The notes: generated by a model from the letters alone, not told the origin. DNA of 64,000 nucleotides from Camelus dromedarius (GCF_036321535.1 NC_087437.1:32180001-32244000); one strand, 5' to 3'. Positions 1-12,490 are shown, counted from the first letter of the stretch. Made by a program: numbers and translations.

Positions 1-9
1 GACTTTGAG

Positions 10-1700
10 GGAAGGGTTAGAGGCTTGCTTACTGAATTTTCAGATTCTACCAAGCTGGGAGTAACTAATATATTGGACAGAATCATGGTTTTTAAAAGGT
101 ATGGATATCCTGGAATGAGAGCCTGAAGATAAGAATATTATTTCAGTGGCTTAAAATGTGACATGATACACTTTAATTTTTTTTTTCAAGTTATCTGATT
201 ACAATTCTTGATTTAACTTGAGGATCTTGGCACATGACAGGATAAATGTGGCCAAATGTGTGATGTCACTATTGAAAAGAAATTTTAGAAACAGAGTATC
301 TGACTAGTATCAGCAATTGTTCCAAGCAATTAGTTCAAGTACTAGGCAATGATAAATTACAATCATAAATTTAAAAGATTCCGGGGAGGGTAACCAGAAT
401 GCTGAGAATGCAGGCAATACTTGGTGGCTACAATGAGGCATCCTCTAAGAATATGGAAACAAGATTGCCCTTTAAGGATTAAACAAGCAAAAAAATCCAC
501 TTGTATGATTGGGATTAGCCAGCTATGGAGCTAAAACTCCAGACACTGTCTCTACATGAGTGACTTGACAGGTCAGTTAAATACAATCTCAGGGAAGTAG
601 GGCTAAAATGTGACTATAATAGAGGTGGAAGGAGCTTAATCAATAATATTCCTTGTCTAGAGAAAGACTGAGTAAAGAGACATTGGGAGAACAGCATGGA
701 ACACACAAGAATTCTGACAGACATGTTATAATTTTCATTGTAAATCAATCAGTCAGCATTCTATTTTATACTTCTGATAGCATGATTTAAATAATATTTC
801 TCATGTACTGACAAAATTGAGTTTCCAGACCTGAGACTTGGAAACATGAGTTGGTGTAACCTTTCCTGGCTATAGGCCCCTTCTTTGTCATGGAAAGACA
901 TAAAGACACTAAGGATATTCAGCTAGAAAGAAAGAAGCCAGAGTTGAGAACTGATACCTATCTATCTGCATATGTTTAAAGTTCTTGTAGGAATAGAGGT
1001 TTGATTGTTGGGGGCAGAGAACAGAACAAAGAATAATAGATGGAAAATACAAAGAGTGAGATTTCATTTGGCTGAAAGGAGGAACACACTAACAATCTGA
1101 ACTTCCAACAGTGAAACAGCTATCACTTTGTCGGTTGGGAGTCTTTGGTCATAAGTAACAGAAAAAGTCTGGATAACTGTAGCAAAATAAATAAACAAAC
1201 AAATAAAATAATTAAAAGATATGAGGCAGCTCACAAATTTGAAGGAAAAACTGAAGTACCTGGCCTTAGAAAGACAATGACCCAGGCAGCTGTTGTGATA
1301 GATGGGCAGAAACCAAAGCACTGCCTCTTTGGGACGCCATCATCAATGGTAAATCACCCTTGGCTGATTTCTTTCCTAGAATTAATAGGAAAGAAATTCT
1401 GATTGGTATAGCTTGGGTCAAGTGTCCCCACTCCCGCCCTCCCCTCTCACTGGCAGGGGCAAGGTAGGGAACCTTGACTCAAGGACAGATCAAGGAAAGC
1501 TTCAAGCAATGGAAAGAGGGAACTTATCCAAGGAAAACTGAGGAGCAGGGAAAAAATATCAGAAACCTACTATGTCCTCATCATTGCAAGTATAGGAGAG
1601 GCCACCTACTTGTCAGAAATCTTAAAGAAGGGATTTCTGTGCTGAAAGGAAGTTGGAAAAGATGACTTAGAAGGTCCCTTCCAGTTCTATGTTTCTAAGG
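10..1700 (+). mobile_element. Fragmented ancient L3/CR1 LINE 3' region, interrupted by other inserts
   Basis: CR1-like RT-end sequence at ~20-400 and ~800-1145. The CR1/MIR3-type tail gatgacttagaaggtcccttccagttctatg lies at ~1661-1692. Confidence 0.6.
1145..1580 (-). mobile_element. MaLR (MLT1-like) LTR remnant inserted in the L3
   Basis: Begins ttggtcataagtaacagaaaa and contains tctgattggtatagcttgggtcaagtgtcc, typical of antisense MLT1 LTRs. Confidence 0.5.
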
Positions 1701-1899
1701 AGGAACTGAGAAGTGAAACTGATTGCTGAGATCCAGGGTCACTAGGAAAGGCTTGAGAAGGAATATTTACCTGGTCCTGGTTATAAGCGAAGGATGGATG
1801 CAGCTAACAGGAAAGTGAGCCAAAGGGTAAGTACAGTGGTTCAGTGGACTAAGCACTGGTATTGGTCACTGAATGTCATGGGAACTGAGGCATCAGGAA

Positions 1900-2380
1900 A
1901 AGGTTTTGATAACAATGGGGAGACATGTAATAAAATCTGGCTTAAGAAGTTTAAGCTGGTAATTGTTAGTAGATTGAACTAGAGAAAGGCAAGGCCAAAG
2001 GCAGGGAGACCAATTGGTTGGAGAGCCTAAGTCAAGGTGATAGCAGCAGGAAGGGACCAGAAGGAGCAAAGTGAAGAGGCATTTCTCAGGCAGTGCCTAC
2101 AGAGCTTATAGGAGAAAGGAGTGAGTGAGAGAAAGAGGTCAAGAATGACCCCAGGTTTCAAACTTAAGAGATCTAGGAAAATGATAGTGTAGCTGGAAGA
2201 AAGATGATAATTTCTAATTTAGATATATTGAGTTCGAGGTGATGAATATTAATTAGTATGAGGCTGAAGCTTAGAGAGAGACGTGAAGGTGGAAAACAAA
2301 GGTCTGGAATTCCTTCATGAAGAGACTGCACCTGAGGACATATGAACAGGTAACTTTCTCCAAGGACAGCACCTAATGCA
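1900..2380 (-). mobile_element. L2 LINE fragment
   Basis: Purine-rich antisense L2 hallmarks (ggcagggagacca, gaggtcaagaatgaccccaggtttc, atattgagttcgaggtg). Confidence 0.65.
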
Positions 2381-2911
2381 AAAGGGCAATTAAATTTTTT
2401 AAAAAGAAGTAATCACTAAGAACTAGAACCACGAGAAATAATTTCAGGAATAAAGAAACTTGAACTGGCTTTTAAAGGAAGGGAAGGGGAGAAGGAATGC
2501 CACACATGTTTGGGGGACTGATTAGCAAATTTAAAAACTAGATTAATCTACATGATCCCTGTGTTTAAAACCTGGATTGAGCTGCATGATTTCTCTAAAA
2601 AACGATTCCTTTTATTCTGCTGCCCATTTCCTCTATGCCTCAGCTACAGATAGAGAATGGAAGAAGTGGGATGTAATAGAAGTTAGCAAATGAACAACAT
2701 GGGAGAACCACTGGCTCTCCAGACCTGCTGGTCTGGTGGGATGCTGATCAGAAGGCTTAAAGAATGGACAATGCTCCTGATGACAAAGGACATACCTGGC
2801 TTAATGGTTAAAAGTAGAGACACATAATAGAACTCATCAGTCCTAAAATTCTGAATCTGGCACTCTGAGACAAAGCAATTGATGAAGGAAACAAAAGAAA
2901 TCACTGACACT

Positions 2912-2926
2912 AGTGACCTCTAGTGG
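2912..2926 (-). promoter_or_regulatory. CTCF-type motif
   Basis: Reverse complement CCACTAGAGGTCACT, one mismatch to the CCACYAGRKGGCRC core. Confidence 0.55.
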
Positions 2927-4259
2927 AAACAGACTTTAGGGAACTATAGATACAGATACAGATATAGATGTAGATATATTTTGTATTAGATTATATGAAA
3001 TCAGTAGCATATTCAGTCAATTTATTTCAAGAGGAGTGTGAAGGAAGGGGCTGCTGGAAATAGCACACAAATCCTACCCAGAAAATGGAAATGTACCAGG
3101 AATACTTTTTTTTTTTTTTTTTTAAGTCAGACTAAGTTGATTAACGTTCTGGACACATAAGACATTACCTGAGAAAAGAAGAGTGTTTGGGCAGTGACTT
3201 CACTGGTCACTAGGGGGACTTGGCATGTGAATGGCAGCCAACAAGAGAACATGCTGACAGGTTTGAGGAGGAAGCTGCACGGGTTGCTATTATGCTTTTA
3301 AACATCTCTTGATTATGACATGGAAGAAAGCTGTTATCTCTGAAATATGCACATATTTGCTGTTCAGAAAATGGCTTGAGCCCTGTCTCTTTCCTCTGCC
3401 AGGTGAGTGTTTGTGCCAAGTGCTGGCAAACACTATTGACCTGGGAGGATGTGAGAGGATGCTTGGTGGCCTTGGCCTCTGAAATGGGACCAATCTCAGG
3501 AAGGCTCAAGCAAGACCGAAGTCAACATCAAACCACACAGGACACTCCACATCCACTCTTTTTGGGAAGTGCTTTCAGGATATATAATCTTGATATTGAG
3601 GAGAAGCAAAGGAACAGGAGGGTTGATGGACATTTTAAATTTGTCTGATCATACCAGGGGCTAATAACAGGTGAGTTGAACTGAATGGGGGTGGGGTGTA
3701 GGAAAAGGAGAAAAGGAAAGAAATTTTTAAAAAGGAGACTATATAGAAGCAAACAGAATCAGCGTTATTAAGCCCTGGGCAACTGTCAGTTCTAGCAGCA
3801 GAGTGATGGTTGTCCTTGTCTTGTATTACCTGCCTGGCGGGAGGTGTCATCTTGCCTTCTTTCATTATTCAGCCTCCACTGCACACCCTGCTTTGTTTAC
3901 AGATGCTGTTGTGCAGCTTGGTGGGTCTGCTTTCCCCCAGATTTGCTCCCTCTCCTCTCCATGTCATCTCCAGGATGTAGAAACAAACTTTAGACAGCCT
4001 TTGGGAGGATTTCACTTTGGTCTGCAATTTTCAGAGTTCTAGTCTCTGTGAATGGGCAAAAGGGCTGCCCCCCAAGTCAGTAACATCCCTGGTGTTATTT
4101 CTTAGATGCCAACTCAACCACAGAACAGAGTTAAGAGAGATCAGTGTTAGTGGTCTTTCCTCTTGCCCCTGCAAGGATGCTTTTCCCCAGGATATGTACC
4201 ATCATTTGGCTCCAGAATAGGTCATTTCGGGGTCTAGTCTAAAAAACTAGTTTACTTAC

Positions 4260-4397
4260 TGATGATGAGCTTATTATTTTAATTTGCTCCAAAGCTTCTG
4301 TCAGGCTGTCTTCAATCTCAGAGTCATCTAAGGAGAAGAGGTCGCCGGCTCGTGAAAGATCTTTTTGTCCCAAGACCAGTCTGAATAGCTGATGCAT
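4260..4397 (-). CDS. VEPH1: VEPH1 first coding segment (46 codons; remaining exons lie left of the window)
   Basis: The reverse complement from ATG (4397-4395) translates to [46 protein letters not shown], which I recognise as the VEPH1 (melted homologue) N-terminus. It ends in phase 0 at a strong donor TCA|GTAAGT (GT at 4259-4258). ATG context is atcATGc. Confidence 0.97.
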
Positions 4398-4554
4398 GAT
4401 GAGGAGTCTGCTAATCAATGGACTGTCTGCAGGCCCAAGGCCATGCGTCTCAGTTACCAGAAGTTAGTGAGACAAAAACACATAGCAGGACATCGACTTT
4501 GTATTCCTTGAAAAGTCATTTTTCTCCAGACTTTGAGGTTTTCTTTGACACTCT
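4260..4554 (-). other. VEPH1: VEPH1 ATG-containing exon (157 nt 5'UTR + 138 nt CDS)
   Basis: Minus-strand acceptor gtcatttgtttctcttgcag|agag (AG at 4556-4555) and donor GTAAGT at 4259. Confidence 0.88.
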
Positions 4555-5989
4555 CTGCAAGAGAAACAAATGACACAAAACAGCCATTAACAGAATGGCA
4601 GAATGTGAACGTAGTGCCCAGCAGAGAGAGAGGGGAAAAAAGACATTTGAAAACGTGCATGGAGCAACAGATTCTGGCTTGATGATCTTCAAAAGAATTC
4701 TTTCCTCATTTTTGTCTCAAGATGTCCTGTCAAAAATGATTAGATTTCTCCAGAATTTAATTTGAGCCTTAAAAATCAGCTTAAATTCCCCACTTTTCTC
4801 CTTTTTATGTCGTTTCTATATCCTCTCCTTCTCTCTCTGCCACAAGGAAACAAGTGGACCAGCAACAAATATGCCCAATACTTGCCAGATTTCCCCCAAA
4901 CAGATTCCCATGGAAACCAGAGAAGGGCAATGAAAGGAAAAGAGAACACAAGAAACGCCTTTTTCACCCACTGCCGGTTTCCTGGATGCGGAAACCAGCG
5001 CTTACCTTCTTGGCTGGGCTTCTTTGCTACACTGACAACAGAAGCTTCCTGGCCCCTCAGTCTAGAAGATAACCTCAATACTTGCCCTATTCTGATGTAC
5101 TCTCTAAACGAGCGACAATGCAATAAAGAACTCTGCCTAGGAGTCTGAGGCTAGATAAATCTCAACTTAAACTTGAACATGGAGCTTGAAGGTGAGATTT
5201 ATTGCAAAGAAGGCTAAAGAGGAAGGGCTTTGGGATTGGGCAAGCCGCCCTCTACTCCCACAGGTGAAATTAAAGTCCCATTGTACTTCTTACTCAATTA
5301 ACAGCCCACAGAGAGTAAGGCCATGGCACCAATTAAACAATTGATTATTCTCATCAACTCCCTTCTGGGCCTAATAAAACCACAGACCATTTGCACTGGT
5401 AGAGACCTTAGCAATCATTTCATGGTCAGGGAGGTTTCATAACTTCTCCGAGGCCCCATGGTAGCTGTGACAGTGCTGTTCTTCTAATCTCAAACCAGTG
5501 GGTTCCCCCAAAGTTTACATTAGAGTGGAGTCGCCTCAGACATACAGGTGACTTAACAACGCAGCCATGTGTTCAGAGAGTGAGAGCCGAGGGTGATTTA
5601 CATAACATAAGCTGTTAGGCTGTTCTGCCCACTCTGAACGTGTTCCCCAGAAGGAGTGTGAAAAGGGAGTCTGCCGCTCCTCTGGGCATCCCGGACCTCC
5701 CCCTGAGCTCTCACTGTGGGAGCACCTCTCTGTGCTGAAGGCAATTTTAAAGTTCAAAGATACATACTCCCCCATACAATATGCTCTCTAAACACAAGCC
5801 AAATTTTTCATCAGATACTTAACCAAAGAAGCTATCAGGAGTATTTCAAATGGTGCAATTCATAGGCCAGTGAAGGGATTTCAGGAGTAGTAGTGCCCAC
5901 ACGCGACATTTGCGCTATCTACGAGCTTTGGAAAAATGTTGCCCGAGACTTCCACCTGCTTGTCTACATGGAAACACTGGAGGTTTTGC

Positions 5990-6170
5990 AAACATTAACT
6001 CATTCAATCCTCATAACAACTGTCTGAGGATATTTCATTCTTATTTTACAGGTGAGGAACCCAAGGCATAAAATAACTTGTTCAAGGCACATAGCTAGTA
6101 AACTGGAGAGCTGGGATTTGGACCCAGAGACTCCAGTGCTAGGCTCCCGCTCATAAGCACTATGGACTGA
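5990..6170 (-). mobile_element. MIR SINE
   Basis: cattcaatcctcataacaac...attttacaggtgaggaac...aacttgttcaaggcacatagctagtaa core. Confidence 0.8.
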
Positions 6171-7164
6171 TGAGGACATGTAAGGCTCCACGTGAGGTTA
6201 CTGTCAGGAGTAAAGCCCCTCAGAGCATTATTAACATTTGAGGATGAAGAAATGAGTAGGATCATAAAGCAAGAAATTGAATTCTTCCCTCCGACACTGA
6301 CACTGCATCCTTGTTCATCTATGCCCCGGGATTTAGGCCAACAAGAAAGCAGGGGAGTCACGAGGAAGAGAGGCTTCCAGGACGAGAAAAGAAGAGTGAT
6401 GGGGAAGGTTTCAGGGGATGGGGAGAGAGGAGAGTGAAGGTCCTACAAAGTACTCTGTGCCCTGGTGAATGTGGAAGGGTGAATTACAGTATCTATAAGA
6501 AAAATTAAGGTGGTGTTTTCCTGAGTTCTCCCCTTAGCACATACTCCCCCCACCCCCTAGCTTCAACCACTTGCAGTGACAGAGTCTCTGTGAAATTATA
6601 TTCAGGAAGGTAAGACACTGGATGGAAATGACTTCCCCTTGACCAGTCAGCTTGTTGGTCAGCATCTGGTACTTCCGGAAGCAGATTCAGCTGCCCCAGA
6701 CATAGCAGAACCAGAGCTCTGAGAAGCAGCAGAAATATGTGCTGGGGGAGAGGAGCACCCACAGGCTTCTCCTGGGTTCCTTCTTTTCTTTCCACACTTG
6801 CAGTGACACCTGGTGTGGAGCCCCACATTCATACTTCCAACTTCAGCTGTTACCCTTGCGTGTATATTGCATGTAACATTATTGTTCAACACACAGCTGT
6901 ACAAGAAGACTTTCACACACTCAGAGGTGGGAAAGGGAGAGAGGAGACTTGTCCCAAACATTCTACAATACAAGGATGACCCAGAGAAAAGTCTCCTAGG
7001 TACTATAAAAAGAAGTTTGGGGAAGAACAAGGGGGAGACTGATCTCTCCAAGGAGAAGATGACAAGGAATGGCTTTGTGGAAGAAACGGTGTTTAGCGAG
7101 AACTTTTAGAATAGATTTCATTCAGTGCATGTGTGCTGAGTACATACTAAGTCACCTGCTTGTC

Positions 7165-7350
7165 TAGGGACCTGGATTCAAGTTCCAGCTCGGCCACTTA
7201 GCAGTTGTGGGACCTTTGGTTCATGCTCTTTTCTTCCCCAAACCTCAGTTTCTTCATCTGCGAAACAGAGCTAATGCACACCTCATCAATCTCATCAGGT
7301 TGTTTTGTTGGAGATCAAAGCAGATAATACATAAAAGAGCACTTCATAAA
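7165..7350 (+). mobile_element. MIR SINE
   Basis: cctggattcaagttccagctcggccacttagcagttgtgggacctt...cctcagtttcttcatctg. Confidence 0.75.
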
Positions 7351-7369
7351 ATAATGACACCCCAAGCTG

Positions 7370-7560
7370 ATGGTTAGTGGGTGTGTACCATGCATCAGGC
7401 AATATTCTGAGAGCTTCCCAAATAATGAGTCATTTAATTCTCATGACAATTCCATGCGATGAGAAACTGATGTTCAGAGAGGAAAACAACCAGCCCAGGT
7501 GGACCTGGAGAGTAGGTTGCAGAGTCAGGATTGAAAGCAGTTGGCCTCCCAGGACAAAGC
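7370..7560 (-). mobile_element. MIR SINE, inverted relative to its neighbour
   Basis: catttaattctcatgacaa...gatgagaaactgatgttcagagagg...cagcccaggt. Confidence 0.7.
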
Positions 7561-7979
7561 CCTCTCAAGGCTGTGTGCAGCTGTATATCTGACCATGTGT
7601 GGTAATTACTGAGCGGCCTCCCTTCCCATCAGTCCTCATTTAGAGAGTGCCCTGCATCCATATCCAGGCTGCCCTCTCCTGGATAAGGATCTGCAAGGCA
7701 CGTTATTTATTTTTCAGTAGCTCTGGTGTCTGGCTTCTCCTGCGGCTCTCTCTGCAACAGCAGAGAAGGTCAGAGCCAGATCAAATTCGACCTTATCTTC
7801 CAAAACTTTCCCTACACTTATGAATATCACAGACCTGTGGCCTATATGTATGTGTGCATATGCACCCGCCGTACACACACATGAATACACACACTCTGCC
7901 GCCTCCTATGCACCAAGTGCCTCACTAGATACTTTTTTCTCTCAGTTCTCCCATCAACCCTGCAGGCAGATATCATTAC

Positions 7980-8079
7980 CAAAGAGGAAACAGGACTGGT
8001 GAGGTTAAATACCGGGCCGAGGTTACACACAGAAACAAGATTCGCATCCGAGTAGGTCAGCCTCTCAATCTCGTACTTA
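7980..8079 (-). other. VEPH1: Candidate optional 100-nt 5'UTR exon of VEPH1
   Basis: Acceptor gtttttgtcccacAG (8081-8080) and donor TTG|GTAATG (7979-7978) bracket a CpG-retaining segment. The acceptor overlaps a possible donor ACA|GTAAGT, so the interpretation is ambiguous. Confidence 0.35.
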
Positions 8080-8199
8080 CTGTGGGACAAAAACTGGCTA
8101 ATAAAATTCCTTCCTACTCCCACCGTGGGCCCTCCTCACTTCCTTCCCTAATCTTGAAGCCCAGGTTCTCAACATTAAGTCTGTATTTTTTTAAGCAGG

Positions 8200-8900
8200 C
8201 GTGGCTTGTCAGGTCGGGTTTCTGTGGGAGAAACGGCCACCACAAGAGGAGGAAGGAGCCTGCCTCGCGCGACACTTTCGGGAGCCCCGGCGCGCCGTCC
8301 CCCGCGCGCGTTACCTGCGAGCTCCTCCGCGGCGCGCGGCCCTGCCCGGCGGGCCTGAGCGGGCCGGGGCGGGGGGCGCGGGCTGCGCCGGCGGACTCCG
8401 GGGACACGGCCAGCGGAATCCACTCAGCGCAGTGAACCTGAAGTTGTTCATGGCCGTGCCGGCTGGAAGAATGCAAGGAATGCAGCCTGATGCCACCGGC
8501 GGCTCCGGAGCCGGTCAGGTGACGCTGCACCTCACCCCGTGGAGAGTTACCTCTGAGCGAAACGCTCTGTTTCCTGAGGTGAGACAGAAAGCCTGCCCTG
8601 GTAGAGTGGAGTTGTTTTTAACAGAGAAAACAAAACTCCCTGTGTTCAGGGAACTCTATACCTTCCCTGAGAAGAATAGAGGGGGTAGGGGGAAGGCACG
8701 CAGAGAACAAGGTTTCGATAGGAACTCGAGCCGGTGAAGGTGAACGGGGGCGGCTGCTGGGAGCCATTTCTCAACCCCTGGAAGGGAGGAGATTTGCTGC
8801 TTAATTAACACTTGTCTCGCCCTCGCGAGACTTTGGAACGGACCGTTTGTCCGGGAAGAGACACAGCTCCTGCAGAAGTCATCCTCTTGCTCTGCCTCTA
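8200..8900. promoter_or_regulatory. VEPH1: CpG island / VEPH1 promoter
   Basis: The only strongly GC- and CpG-rich block in the window (core ~8260-8530), with a GC box ggggcgggggg at ~8366-8376. It lies 3.8 kb upstream of the VEPH1 ATG exon. Confidence 0.88.
8315..8530 (-). other. VEPH1: VEPH1 non-coding first exon in the CpG island (5' boundary uncertain)
   Basis: Minus-strand donor ctcgCAG|GTAACG (GT at 8314-8313) at the downstream edge of the island. The TSS cannot be determined from sequence alone. Confidence 0.62.
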
Positions 8901-9754
8901 CGTTACTGTCGTTGAAAGTTTCAGAATTCAGAAAGTTGCTAATAAACGGAACACACTCAACAAAGATGCATACCCTCTGCTTTTCCACTTTAGTTGCTGG
9001 GAGGCTCTTCGTAGAAATCCACTTGGACCAGACATATCAGATTGGTACTTTAAATATCGCAGCAATACTTAGAGAAAATGTTTATCCCGCTTCATCTAGT
9101 GACACTCCAGAGAAGAAAAAGTACTGAAACCCTTCCTTACTGTTTCAAAAGATGATGATGCATTAAAAAAAATGTTTTAAACTGTATTATTCTCTATCTC
9201 GTACTTGTCTGTTCCTATAATAGGTCTGCCCATCCCATCAAACCTATCTGCTGGCAAAATGCACAAGCTAAATTCATCTGCATGATCATCACTAAGATGT
9301 GGACACTGTGTCTCCCCAGGGGTGCTACCCCACAAAGGTGTGTGCTCGGGGTGGCTACACACCTGCCACTGAACCAGGTCATATGCACCAGGAGAATGGC
9401 CTCATAAATCTTCCTCAACACTCGGTGATCAATTGTATTTTTACACTGTCCACATATGGAGAACTATCCCCTTGAAGAGTTTCCTTCATAAAAACAGAAC
9501 CCAGTCATCCATGAATAGGTGTATTCTTTCATTAGTAATTTTCCGGCTTATAGATACTGATGAAGTAGAATATGAAGTATTCTATCCCTGTTTAATGGAA
9601 TAGACTATGTTTCTTTGGTCTTCCCTCTTCATCCTCTCTCTATTCATTATTCATGGTTCTTATCACTAGTTTTTATTCAATTTCCTTTTGTTTTTAAAGG
9701 AGTTTAGTGTCCAGAATTGGACACCATATGGGAATCTAGTAAGAAGAGTGGATT

Positions 9755-9950
9755 GGTAAGAGTGTGGGACCCTGGACACATCTGGGCTCAGCTATGCTGT
9801 TACCTGCAGTGTAAACCAGGGCAGATTAATTAACCTCCCTGCACCTCAGGTTCCTTATTTGCACCTGAGGATTGTGATACAGGTTGTTGGGAGGTTTAAA
9901 GAGATTTTGTGAAGCATTTAACACAGACCTGCCATACAGCACCACACAAG
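9755..9950 (+). mobile_element. MIR SINE
   Basis: ggtaagagtgtggg...taattaacctccctgcacctcaggttccttatttg...tgtgaagcattta. Confidence 0.65.
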
Positions 9951-12390
9951 GAGTGACAGGAATCATACCCTTAATAACACCATTATCCTTATAGGTCATT
10001 CTCCTGTTGACACATCCCCCTGCCATACCTTTTAAGTGCTAACACATGACTGTACTGCTCACTAACACTGAGTTCACAGAGTTAAAGATGCCTAGGTCTT
10101 TTCAGTTTGTGTCATATTTATATCCTAGTTGTACTCTTCCCCAATCTTAAATCTCGGTTGTTCTTGCACTATCTTGTATGTATCCCTATTGATTTCTTGG
10201 CAAACTTATCTTGTTGCCTAAAGAGATAGCCTTACCATGATGCTACCCCCACCATGGCTAAACAGTAACAGAATTTTTTTTTTACAGAGTGGAAATGGAC
10301 TGAAATACAATGTATCTCAGACTTTTTGTGGCCAGGTAATCCAAATACCTGAGTTTTCTACTTAAGCTTAGTGCTCACTCTAATGTTTATTAGCGAGGAA
10401 GGAGTGTATTATTCCCTCCAGGGCACCAGAGGGAAAAGTTCTTTATGACTTTTCAAGGTGACCCACACTGAATGGGAGCTAGTAAGTCATTGCTGGTTGA
10501 CTATGTTATGCATCTATAGAGTCTGCTAAATGAAAACACACATACATGAACCAGAGGATTTAATCGCCCAACTATTGGGGTATCACCTGTGGAAAAAAAA
10601 CTAAAGTACTTTGGAGGGATTTCAATAAACGTAACTAACTCAGGAAGCCAATGTATTCTGAAGAAATTAGCCTCTAGCCTCCAACTCCAGGTTCGGATAT
10701 TCTATGGTTTCTTCACTTCAGAAAATTCTAGAATTACAAAGTTTATTTACATTATACTTTGGATAACACTACTGTGCATCACAAAATTCTCATTTTATTC
10801 ACCTGTGTTTAAAATGCCTGCTGACTAACCTAGACTCATTTGGGTTCTAGAAACTTTCAATGAAGTTCTCAGATTTTCCCTTGAAAAAAAGGATTAAAGA
10901 TCCTTTTCAGGGAGCATCTTTTTCACACAGTGTGAAAGAACTACAGGCGTTCCCATGGGAATGGGCTGCATACATTTCAGCCGAACTTCCCACAAGATGC
11001 CTATTGTTTCCTGGGCGTCTCTCGTCTCTCAGCTTCCTCTGCTGTGATATGTTGCTACACTTCACTTCTACTGAAAGCCTCCGAGGCTGGGTTATTCCAA
11101 ATGATGCTAAAGGACTCAGCCCCTGGTGTTTTTGTTAGAACTCATGTAGTTTAAGTTTGTAGCAGGCTTATTATCATAAGCACATACCAAAAATAGGTTT
11201 GGTGATCTGTTTAGGCAAGAACTCAAAAAATCAACTTAATTTTAAATATGTATTGCAACTTACTAAAACATAAAAAGATAGGAAACATTTCTCTTCATCA
11301 GGAATGAGGGAAATATCTTCAAGTCTTAACACTTTCTAAACCAAGAATTTGTGATCTGTCATATTTGTCAATTTTGACTTTGCAATACATATCTACTCCA
11401 AAATTGATACAAATCTCACCAAAACATTCAAATTCTGTGGGTTTGTTTTTCCAGAAAACAGCCAAACTTGTGAATTACAAGGAAAATTCAGTGTTAAATG
11501 TATCTTTATTTACATTTAAATTCCACATTTTAAACAACTGCATGACAAATTCAAATAATGCCCTGAATACTTTTTCTAATCTTTAAATTGAAAACATATA
11601 TGAAAGTCATGGAATCCAGTGGTTGATTATATGACAACTTAAATATGTATTTGAAAAAACAAAAAAGTGGCTAGATTCAGTTATGATTTGCAAGGTAACT
11701 GAACTATCAAAGGGAAAAAATGACAGCAACCACAAACAATAACGGTGACTGTCCAACCCAGTGACTGTTATGATGCTACTGAATTTTCTTTGGAAATCAT
11801 AGACAGAGCCAGTTTCTTTGCTGGTTGCAAAATACTTCCTGAGGTAAACAAAAGTATGAAATAGAAACAAGCCTAGACTCTGATGGTGTGAAACAAAAAA
11901 TGCACACACTGCGAATCTAGAAGCACAGTTTTCTGCTCCTGAGGCCTAGAGACATGTTTTAATAACCCACAGAGAGGTGGCTTTTCTTTTTTACCATAAT
12001 AACTGAAAAGCACGCATACATGGCTAGACACATAATTCCCAAATGCACTTTATCTGCATAATCAACCAGCCCCTGGAAGTTTCTCTGCCCGACTCCTGCA
12101 GCCCACCCTTTGCCTTATTGCAGCTTCTGACATTTGCTTTAATTAGCTTTTGTTTTTGCTGAACAAAAGGACAGGAAAGAAGACAGCCATACCTCTTAGG
12201 ACAGGAAACTCTGGCCATCATAGGAAAAAGATGGCAAAAGCTTGATCTTTAGAGCAGTTCGGCTGGAAGCCACGACCATGCTCAACAGCAGTTGGTCGCC
12301 CTGGCCCAGCTCTGTCCTGCCGGCTGCAGCGTCCTTCCCTGTGCTGCCTGTCAAGCCCGAGGTACACTTGATTCCCTCCCCTGGACTCAC

Positions 12391-12490
12391 CATGCTGAAT
12401 CGAGCAAATGAATAACTTCTCCTCCCTCTCTCAAACTTCTGCTTAGTGCTGACAGTTGGCACAAAGCTTCGCTTATTTCTACAGTAGATT
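12391..12490 (-). other. VEPH1: Alternative upstream non-CpG first exon of VEPH1 (5' boundary uncertain)
   Basis: Consensus donor agcATG|GTGAGT (GT at 12390-12389) in unique, CpG-retaining sequence (~12050-12480), oriented towards the VEPH1 ATG exon. Confidence 0.6.

Noticed and set aside
1..4259. Possible further VEPH1 exons or the nested PTX3 gene
   Set aside because: I found no sequence encoding the next VEPH1 residues (DYQTNNNDQ...) or a pentraxin; they presumably lie left of the window.
6505..7109. Cluster of ORFs and a plus-strand AAG|GTAAGA donor near 6610
   Set aside because: No recognisable product and no supporting partner exons; insufficient evidence for an antisense gene.
8082..8737. 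Several long overlapping ORFs (up to 178 aa) on both strands
   Set aside because: Expected in a stop-poor CpG island. The products are low-complexity R/P/G/A-rich with no recognisable family, and the VEPH1 start is at 4397.
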